Positions 6,948 through 14,663 of a stretch of DNA of 24,000 bases are shown here, one piece after another. Within the stretch, counting starts at the first letter, position 1. Every line of letters starts with the position of its first letter. The DNA is taken from NCBI GenBank assembly GCA_016869975.1, contig VGCZ01000008.1, positions 26,869 to 50,868 of the forward strand, read 5' to 3'. A model generated the notes under the pieces. It worked only from the letters and a program-made list of their open reading frames with translations, did no database searches and had not been told where the DNA came from. Both the position numbers and the translations under genes were made by a program. The DNA comes from Alphaproteobacteria bacterium (GTDB lineage Bacteria > Pseudomonadota > Alphaproteobacteria > Reyranellales > Reyranellaceae).

Positions 6948-7319
6948 ATGACACCCACCGTCTTCCGCAAGCTCGCGCTCTCGATGCCGGGCGCCGTCGA
7001 GGGCGCGCATGGCGGCCACGCCGATTTCCGCGCCGGCACCGGCGGCAAGGTTTTCGCCAGCCTTGGTTATCCAGATGACGCCTGGGCCGTGGTCAAGCTC
7101 GCGCCCGAGCAGCAGGAGATGCTGGTGGCGAGCGCGCCTGACGTGTTCGTGCCGGTGAAAGGCACCTGGGGCCTGCGCGGCAACACCCAACTGCGGTTGG
7201 CGACCGCCGACACCACGACGGCGAAGAGCGCGCTGACGATGGCGTGGCAGGGTGTGACGGCGAAGAAGGAAGTCCCCACTCCCCGCAAGCGGGGAGAGGG
7301 CGGGGCCCGTCGGGCGTAG
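6948..7319 (+). CDS. MmcQ/YjbR-family protein (123 aa)
   Basis: MTPTVFRKLALSMPGAVEGAHGGHADFRAGTGGKVFASLG...VFVPVKGTWGLRGNTQLRL matches the YjbR/MmcQ pattern. The 3' end (PTPRKRGEGGARRA) is encoded by REP copy d. Confidence 0.7.
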   Translation: MTPTVFRKLALSMPGAVEGAHGGHADFRAGTGGKVFASLGYPDDAWAVVKLAPEQQEMLVASAPDVFVPVKGTWGLRGNTQLRLATADTTTAKSALTMAWQGVTAKKEVPTPRKRGEGGARRA

Positions 7320-7416
7320 CGCGACGGGAGGGTGAAGGGCTGGTGCAGGTTGCGCTGGCCGGTTCAACCTTCGACAGCCCCTCACCCCGACCCACTCCCC
7401 GCAAGCGGGGAGAGGG
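7275..7416. repeat. REP-like inverted doublet, family 1
   Basis: Copy d is at 7275-7300 (one mismatch) with an inward flank GGGAGGGTGAAGGGCT at about 7327-7342. Copy e is at 7391-7416 with an inward flank AGCCCCTCACCCCGA at 7376-7390. The two flanks are approximately reverse complements, giving a hairpin-flank...flank-hairpin architecture. Confidence 0.8.
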
Positions 7417-7423
7417 AGACGGA

Positions 7424-8287
7424 TCAGAACCGCGCGATGCCCCAGTCGCCGACGGCGCTGAAGCCCAGCGCGCCATAGGCGCGTTGCGCGGCGACGTTGG
7501 CGACGTCGGTGAACAGCACGGCGCGGCGGGCGCCGCTTTCGCGCGCCTTGAGCAGGCTGCCGGCCACCGCGGCGCGCGCCAGCCCGCGGGCGCGGGCGAA
7601 GGGCGGCGTGTAGACGCCGCCGACCTGCACCACGTCGGGCAGCGCCGCGTTGAAGCCGCTATAGGCCAGCATGCGGCCATCGGCCTCGACGACGAAGCCG
7701 CGCTTCTCGCGCAGCGCCGCGTCGAGATCGCCCGCCGCCTCCTCGAAGGTCGCGGGACCGCGCGAGAGCTTGAAGGTGTCGACGAGGAACTCCATGCGCC
7801 ACGCTGTCAGCATGGGCACGTCGTCCGCCGCGATGGCGCGCACGCCGATCTCGCCCAAGCGCAGCGGCTCAGGCACGCGCAACGCCTCGAGTGGCAGGCC
7901 GTAAAGGATCTCGCGCGCGCAGCGCCGCACGGCGCGGCCGTTGATGCGGGGATGCATCAGGGTCGCGGTCACCTGGTCCCAATCGCCGACCGCGCCGTTG
8001 ACCGGCAGCGGCGAGGCGTCGAGCAGGGCGTCGAGCAGCGGCCGGAAATCGCGCGCGATATCGCCGACCAGCGGCAGCAGGAAGCCGTTCCAGTAATGCG
8101 CGATCACGCCGCTCAGCCGCGCGCCGTCGAAGGCGCCGGCGAACATGCCGCCATAGCGCTGGCCGCTCCAGCCGGCGCCGGCGCGCGCCAGGTTGGACCG
8201 CTGCATCAAGGAGCGGTCGGGCGCGTGCTCGAAGAAGGCACTGAGCTGGCGTTCGTCGCCGACGCCGAGGATCCGGATGCTGGACAT
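7424..8287 (-). CDS. GNAT-family N-acetyltransferase, two-lobed (287 aa); paralogue of 5850..6851
   Basis: ORF 7424..8335. The ATG at 8287 is preceded by GGAG. Start MSSIRILGV. The GNAT core is VQVGGVYTPPFARARGLARAAVAGSLLKARESGARRAVLFT...AQRAYGALGF. Confidence 0.7.
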   Translation of the reverse strand: MSSIRILGVGDERQLSAFFEHAPDRSLMQRSNLARAGAGWSGQRYGGMFAGAFDGARLSGVIAHYWNGFLLPLVGDIARDFRPLLDALLDASPLPVNGAVGDWDQVTATLMHPRINGRAVRRCAREILYGLPLEALRVPEPLRLGEIGVRAIAADDVPMLTAWRMEFLVDTFKLSRGPATFEEAAGDLDAALREKRGFVVEADGRMLAYSGFNAALPDVVQVGGVYTPPFARARGLARAAVAGSLLKARESGARRAVLFTDVANVAAQRAYGALGFSAVGDWGIARF

Positions 8288-8342
8288 GACGGTCTCCGCT
8301 TGGGGCTGGAGGCCATCGCCGGGCGGGGTTCCCAAAAACGCG

Positions 8343-8367
8343 AACGCCCGGCGAGTGGCCGGGCGTT
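8343..8367 (-). terminator. Candidate intrinsic terminator of rpmE
   Basis: 10-bp stem AACGCCCGGC / GCCGGGCGTT with a 5-nt loop. On the minus strand it is followed by CGCG-TTTTT. It lies 37 nt downstream of the rpmE stop. Confidence 0.5.
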
Positions 8368-8403
8368 TGTCGATATCCCCGCTGGGGGACTATCTGTCGG
8401 GGG

Positions 8404-8640
8404 CTACTTCTTGCCGCCGCCCGAACGCCCGAGTGCGCCGAATTTTTCGTTGAATCGCGACACGCGACCGCCGCGATCGACCATCTTGCTGACGCCGGTC
8501 CACGCCGGATGCGTCTTGGGGTCGATATCGAGGCGCAAGGTCCCGCCCGGCTCGCCATAGGTCGAGCGGGTCTTGAACGAGCTGCCGTCGGTCATCACGA
8601 CGGTAAGCTCGTGGTAGGACGGGTGAATCTTCTCTTTCAC
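8404..8640 (-). CDS. rpmE: 50S ribosomal protein L31 (form lacking the CxxC zinc motif)
   Basis: GTG start at 8640, preceded by GGAG. (M)[48 protein letters not shown]...[14 protein letters not shown] is the conserved L31 sequence. Confidence 0.9.
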   Translation of the reverse strand: MKEKIHPSYHELTVVMTDGSSFKTRSTYGEPGGTLRLDIDPKTHPAWTGVSKMVDRGGRVSRFNEKFGALGRSGGGKK

Positions 8641-8670
8641 GGGGCGATCTCCGGACGCGAGCGGCGCCTT

Positions 8671-8697
8671 ATATAGGAGAGGGTCGGCGGGGGCAAG
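8671..8697 (-). promoter_or_regulatory. Candidate sigma-70 promoter of rpmE
   Basis: The minus strand reads CTTGCC-N15-CTATAT, close to the alphaproteobacterial consensus CTTGAC-N16-17-CTATAT. It ends about 30 nt upstream of the GTG start. Confidence 0.4.
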
Positions 8698-8773
8698 CGG
8701 GGTGGAAAAGGAGCGGATTCGCCTGGAATCAGCTGCGAAAAACCCCGGGGATCCTGGGCCAGAGATCCTGGGA

Positions 8774-9013
8774 ATGTCTCGACGCATTATCCTGACCGTC
8801 CACCTCGACCGAGAGCTGGCCGACTTCGTGGCGACGCGGGTCAGCGACAGACGCGCCGACGCCTATATCCGCGATCTGATCCGCCGCGACGGGGAGCGGG
8901 TGGAGGGCGAAGCGTTCGACCGATCGAAGGTCGAGGTGGCCCGAGCCTTCGCCGCGACCTCGGTTCGCTTGTTGACCACCACATCGCCTGCTATAGGCGG
9001 CGGCAATCGTTGA
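8774..9013 (+). CDS. ParD-family (ribbon-helix-helix) type II antitoxin-like protein with no adjacent toxin (79 aa)
   Basis: ATG at 8774. GC3 is high over the first ~60 codons. [36 protein letters not shown] resembles the ParD motif (...SDYVRDLIRRDQER). The C-terminal third looks degenerate. The stop overlaps the cyaY upstream region. Confidence 0.5.
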   Translation: MSRRIILTVHLDRELADFVATRVSDRRADAYIRDLIRRDGERVEGEAFDRSKVEVARAFAATSVRLLTTTSPAIGGGNR

Positions 9014-9048
9014 AAATCAACGCGCTGGGCGACGGATTCACGAAGACC

Positions 9049-9369
9049 ATGGACACCGCCTTCGACAGTGCCGCGACCCGCTTCCTGGCGGCGCTGACCA
9101 GCGCCTTCGAAGATGCGCTGCCGGCGGCCGAGGTCGACCTGGAGGGCGGCGTGCTGACCGTCGAGCTGGAAGGCGGCGGCACCTACGTGATCAACAAGCA
9201 CGCGCCGACGCGGCAGATCTGGCTGTCCTCGCCGGCCTCTGGTGCCACGCATTTCGCGCGCGACCAGGGCTCGGACCGCTGGATCGACACGCGCGGCGGG
9301 CGCGACCTCGCGCGCCTGCTCACCGACGAGATCCGCGCCGCCACCGGCGCCGAGCTGGCGTTGGGCTGA
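9049..9369 (+). CDS. cyaY: Iron-sulfur cluster assembly protein CyaY (bacterial frataxin)
   Basis: MDTAFDSAATRFLAALTSAFEDAL...VDLEGGVLTVELEGGGTYVINKHAPTRQIWLSSPASGATHF...RWIDTRGG aligns with CyaY/frataxin. The alternative TTG start at 9010 is less likely. Confidence 0.85.
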   Translation: MDTAFDSAATRFLAALTSAFEDALPAAEVDLEGGVLTVELEGGGTYVINKHAPTRQIWLSSPASGATHFARDQGSDRWIDTRGGRDLARLLTDEIRAATGAELALG

Positions 9370-9376
9370 GCGCGCG

Positions 9377-11151
<1,775 letters not shown>

Positions 11152-11160
11152 CTTTTTTTT

Positions 11161-11213
11161 GGGCCGCGCCGCTCCAGCAGCGCTCATGATGCGTCGCTGG
11201 AGCGGCGCGGCCC
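11161..11213. repeat. REP-like hairpin, family 2, second copy
   Basis: The 18-bp arms are identical to those at 5739-5791 and the loop differs at a few positions. It is preceded by a T8 run (11153-11160), directly after the ABC stop codon (11149-11151). Confidence 0.85.
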
Positions 11214-11294
11214 GAACTGCGAAATGACTTCAGAAGTAATTGTGCGAGCCTCGCCCGGCATGGTCATCTGCGTCGCCAACCGCAGAGGACTGCC

Positions 11295-11705
11295 ATGCCT
11301 GTGATGACCGCCGCCGACCTCAACGCCCGCATGACGGGCACGCTCGCCGCGACCCTGGGACTCGTGGTCGTCGAGGCGTCGCCCGAGCGCGTCGTCGGCG
11401 AGTTCACGGTGAAGCCCGAGCTGACCACGATCGGCGGCACGATCCACGGCGGCACGTTGATGGCGGTGGCCGACACCGTGGGCGCGATGGGCGCGGTGCT
11501 CAACCTGCCCGACGGCGCCGGCACGACGACGCTCGAGTCCAAGACCAACTTCTTTGCCGGCTGCAAGGCGGGCAAGGTCCGCGCCATATGCGATCGCCTG
11601 CACGCCGGCCGCCGCACCAGCGTCTGGCAGACCCGCCTCTACGACGAGAACGGCCGCATGCTGACGCAGACCACGCAGACGCAGATGGTGTTGCTGCCGA
11701 CGTGA
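11295..11705 (+). CDS. PaaI-family hotdog-fold thioesterase (136 aa)
   Basis: ...GEFTVKPELTTIGGTIHGGTLMAVADTVGAMGA...TTLESKTNFFAG...RRTSVWQTRLYDENGRMLTQTTQTQMVL is the typical PaaI/4HBT class II pattern. Confidence 0.8.
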   Translation: MPVMTAADLNARMTGTLAATLGLVVVEASPERVVGEFTVKPELTTIGGTIHGGTLMAVADTVGAMGAVLNLPDGAGTTTLESKTNFFAGCKAGKVRAICDRLHAGRRTSVWQTRLYDENGRMLTQTTQTQMVLLPT

Positions 11706-11713
11706 TGTCTTCC

Positions 11714-11742
11714 TTCCTCTCCCCGCGCGCGGGGAGAGGGAA
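11714..11742. repeat. REP-like hairpin, family 1; probable bidirectional terminator between convergent genes
   Basis: TTCCTCTCCCCGCGCGCGGGGAGAGGGAA fills the gap between the PaaI stop (11703-11705) and the stop of the minus-strand OmpA/MotB-like gene (11743-11745). Confidence 0.75.
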
Positions 11743-13209
11743 TCACCGACTCGTCAGCTTCAGCTCGATGCGCCGGTTCTTCGCGCGGCTCGCCGCGTCG
11801 GTGCCGGGGACCAGCGGTTTGTGCTCGGCGTGGCCGGCGGCGACCAGGCGATTGGGCGGGATGCCGTTGGCTTCGAGCACGCGCACGACGGCGATGGCGC
11901 GCGCCGTCGACAGCTCCCAGTTGGAGCGGAATTGCGGTGTGTTGATCGGGATCGCGTCGGTGTGGCCGTCGATCTGCAGCACCCAGTCGACATCGGAGGG
12001 GATGCGCTCGGTGATCTCCCGCAGGCGTCGGGCGAAATCGGCCAGCTGCTGCTCGCCTTCCTCACGCAGCGCCGCCTGCGCCGCATCGAACAGCACCTCG
12101 GACTGGAAGACGAAGCGGTCGCCGACGATGGTGACGTCGCGGCGCCCCGCCAGCGCCTCGCGCAGCTTGCCGAAGAACTCCGAGCGGTAGCGCGATAGTT
12201 CCTCGACCTTGCTGGCCAGCGCGCGGTTCAAGCGCGTGCCGAGATCGACGATCTGCGCGTTCTGGTCCTTGAGCTGCCGATCCCTGATGTCGAGCAGGTC
12301 GCCCAGCCGGGCCATCTCCTTCTTGATGGCGGCGATCTCGGCGGTCAGCCGCACGACCGCCGCCTTCTGCTCGGCGCTAAGCTTCTGCTCGGCCGACAGG
12401 TCGTCCCACAGCTTGCCCCTCTCGTTGTTGGCCGCGGCCATCGCCGCCGACAGGCGCGTGAGCTCGAGGCGCTGCCGCTCGATCTCGGCCTTCAACGCGT
12501 CAGCCATCTTCTGGTCGTCGACCAGCTGCGCCTTGGCGCGATCCTCGATGTCCTTCAACCGACCGGCCAGCCGCTCGCGCTCCTCCAGCAGCCTGGCCAG
12601 CTCCGTCCGCAGCGTCTCGCGGTCGGTGGTCATGCTGGCGATACGGCGCTGCAGATCCTCGATCTCGGCCTGCGACTTGGCGGCCGCGGCGCCCGCCGCG
12701 TCGAGGCGGCGTCTGAGCTCGTCGGCTTCGCCCTGCGACTTGCTCGCCGCGGCCGCGGCGGCGTCGCGCTCGCGCACGAAGCCCTCGACGCTCGACTGCA
12801 GCTGGTCGCGCTCGCGGATTGCGCCGGCGAGCTGCCCCTGCAGCTGGTCGCGCTCGCGGCCCAGCGCGGCGATGCGCGCCTCGGCGTCGCGCAACTGGCC
12901 CGCCAGCTGGTCGCGCGCCGTCGCCGTGTCGCGCAGCTGCGTGCCCAGGGCGCTCAAGCGGCGATCGAGGTCGGCGGATTTGGCGCGCTCGACATTGAGC
13001 ACGTCGCCCAGCGCGGCAAGCTGGGCGTTGAGCTTGTCGATGGCGCTGTCGCGGTCCGACACGGCCGAGCCCAGTGCCATCTGGCCGACGGCGTAGAACG
13101 ACAGCAGGAAGACGAAGGCCATCAGCAGGCTGGCCAGGGCGTCGACATAGCCGGGCCAGGTGTAGTCGGCGTGGGCGCCGCCGCGGCGACGGCCGGCGAT
13201 GCTGGCCAT
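11743..13209 (-). CDS. MotB-like stator/anchor subunit (488 aa): N-terminal TM helix with a conserved Asp, a ~290-aa coiled coil and a C-terminal OmpA/MotB peptidoglycan-binding domain
   Basis: ORF 11743..13209. The N-terminus YTWPGYVDALASLLMAFVFLLSF has a MotB/ExbD-style plug/TM with Asp23 (codon at 13141-13143). Residues ~50-340 are Ala/Leu/Arg/Glu/Gln-rich and heptad-like. The C-terminus is ...IDGHTDAIPINTPQFRSNWELSTARAIAVVRVLEANGIPPNRLVAAGHAEHKP...NRRIELKL (OmpA_C signature). Confidence 0.85.
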   Translation of the reverse strand: MASIAGRRRGGAHADYTWPGYVDALASLLMAFVFLLSFYAVGQMALGSAVSDRDSAIDKLNAQLAALGDVLNVERAKSADLDRRLSALGTQLRDTATARDQLAGQLRDAEARIAALGRERDQLQGQLAGAIRERDQLQSSVEGFVRERDAAAAAASKSQGEADELRRRLDAAGAAAAKSQAEIEDLQRRIASMTTDRETLRTELARLLEERERLAGRLKDIEDRAKAQLVDDQKMADALKAEIERQRLELTRLSAAMAAANNERGKLWDDLSAEQKLSAEQKAAVVRLTAEIAAIKKEMARLGDLLDIRDRQLKDQNAQIVDLGTRLNRALASKVEELSRYRSEFFGKLREALAGRRDVTIVGDRFVFQSEVLFDAAQAALREEGEQQLADFARRLREITERIPSDVDWVLQIDGHTDAIPINTPQFRSNWELSTARAIAVVRVLEANGIPPNRLVAAGHAEHKPLVPGTDAASRAKNRRIELKLTSR

Positions 13210-13215
13210 GGCGGC

Positions 13216-14415
13216 TCAGGCCTTGTCGGCTGGCGGCATGATCCGCTCGCCGGCGGTCAACGGGCGCTGATCGGCGGGCGGCGGCGCGGCGCCGCGCGAG
13301 GAGGCCAGGGTGCGCGCCAGCAGCTTGAACTCGCCGCGCAGCTCGTCGGCGAGTGCCGTGCGTCCCCGCACCGTTTCCTCGAGCAGGCGCGCCATGTAGG
13401 CCTCGAGATTGCGCAGATGCGCGCGCGTCGGATCGTCAGCCGCCTGCGCCAGCGACTGCTCGGCGAGCTTGGTGGTCAGGCCGCGCAATTCCACGGCGTT
13501 CTCGGCCAGCCGCGCCAGCAATTGTTGTTGCTGCCGCAAAGTCTCCGACAGGGTCGACAGCCGCTCGATGAGCTGGGTGACGGCGGCGCCGGTGTTCTCG
13601 CGATTCTCCTCGGAGCGCAGGAGTGTGCGCTGCAGCTTGTCGATGTTCTCCGCGCTCTGCTCGAGCAGCGCCTCGACATAGGCCGGAATCGTGCCGTCGC
13701 CGTCGACCGACAGCGTGCCGCCGCTCACCCTGGTATGCGTCGAGAGCCAGTCCTCGAGCTCGCGGAAGAAACGGTTGTTGGCCTGGCCGGCCTGCAATTC
13801 GAGGAAGCCCAGCACCAGCGAGCCGGAGAGGCCGAACAGCGAGGCGCCGAAGGCCGTGCCCATGCCGCGTAGCGGCCCTTCGATGCCGGCCTTGAGACGC
13901 GCGAACATCTGCGCCGCGTCGCCGCTGGAGACCTGCAGGTTGGCGATCGCCTCGCCGACCGAACTGATGGTCTCGAGCAGGCCCCAGAAAGTACCGAGCA
14001 GGCCGAGGAAGATCAGCAGGCCGATGGCGTAGCGCGATGTCTCGCGCGACTCGTCAAGTCGCGCGCCGATGCCCTCGAGCATCGAGCGCATGGCGACGGG
14101 CGACAGCGCCAGCCGCTTGTCGGCGCGCTCCCGCAGCATCGCCGCCATCGGCGCCAGCAGGCGCAGGTCGGAGCCGTCGGTGGCGGGAACCTCGTCGCGC
14201 TGAATGCTCTCGAGCCAGCGCACCTCGGGCCCCAGCATCCAGACCTGGCGCGCGATGTAGAGGATGCCCAGCACCAGCACCAGCAGGATGGCGCCGTTGA
14301 GCAGCATGTTGTGCTGGAAGATGCGGATCAGCTCGACGCGCAACAGCCAGGCGCCCGCGCCGACGGCGAGCAGGAAGACGAGGATGCGCAGAAGATAGAG
14401 GCGGGGGCGCGTCAT
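13216..14415 (-). CDS. MotA/TolQ/ExbB proton-channel family protein (399 aa) with a ~190-aa helical C-terminal tail
   Basis: ORF 13216..14415. Four predicted TM segments at about residues 7-25, 37-56, 129-150 and 185-207. TolQ/ExbB-like motifs IFLGLLGTFWGLLETI and GMGTAFGASLFGLSGSLVLGF are present. The stop is 6 nt from the start of the MotB-like gene. Confidence 0.85.
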   Translation of the reverse strand: MTRPRLYLLRILVFLLAVGAGAWLLRVELIRIFQHNMLLNGAILLVLVLGILYIARQVWMLGPEVRWLESIQRDEVPATDGSDLRLLAPMAAMLRERADKRLALSPVAMRSMLEGIGARLDESRETSRYAIGLLIFLGLLGTFWGLLETISSVGEAIANLQVSSGDAAQMFARLKAGIEGPLRGMGTAFGASLFGLSGSLVLGFLELQAGQANNRFFRELEDWLSTHTRVSGGTLSVDGDGTIPAYVEALLEQSAENIDKLQRTLLRSEENRENTGAAVTQLIERLSTLSETLRQQQQLLARLAENAVELRGLTTKLAEQSLAQAADDPTRAHLRNLEAYMARLLEETVRGRTALADELRGEFKLLARTLASSRGAAPPPADQRPLTAGERIMPPADKA

Positions 14416-14440
14416 CGCCGGGTCCCTGGAATCTTGAATT

Positions 14441-14594
14441 CCTTCTCTCCGCGCGGGCGGGGAGAAGGTGCCGAGCGCCAGCGGGGCGGACGGGGGGCGT
14501 GCTCGCGCGACGACAAACGCTGTCGCTGTCGAGACTCAGTGGGGCGCCTCATCCGCCCTTCGGGCACCTTCTCCCCGCCTGCGCGGGAAGAAGG
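14441..14594. repeat. REP-like inverted doublet, variant of family 1 (core CCTTCTCCCCGC-N4-GCGGGRAGAAGG)
   Basis: Copy g is at 14441-14468 and copy h at 14567-14594. The inward-facing flanks GGTGCCGAG... and ...TTCGGGCACC are reverse complements. The doublet lies between the proline-rich OmpA-like gene and the MotA-like gene. Confidence 0.8.
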
Positions 14595-14663
14595 GACGTG
14601 CGGCGCTTCCATGTGCGATCACCCTGCGGCTCACCGGGGGTATAGACGGATAGTGTGGCGAGA

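Noticed and set aside
5709-8560. Long plus-strand ORFs 5709..6938 and 7244..8560, and minus-strand ORFs 6145..6954, 6338..7048 and 7093..7680
   Set aside because: They overlap the GNAT and YjbR genes in alternative frames, have low-complexity Arg/Ala-rich products and no motifs.
11153-11213. T8 run plus 18-bp hairpin as the intrinsic terminator of the ABC exporter gene
   Set aside because: The U-run precedes rather than follows the stem on the plus strand. On the minus strand the stem is followed by an A-run. The hairpin is a repeat-family member also found at 5739-5791.
11743-14415. Calling the MotA/MotB-like pair a Zorya defence system or a flagellar stator
   Set aside because: No ZorC/D/E/F/G-like genes and no flagellar or chemotaxis genes are nearby. 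The A-subunit tail is much shorter than I would expect for ZorA, and the long coiled coil is on the B subunit instead. I kept it as an unclassified stator-like system.
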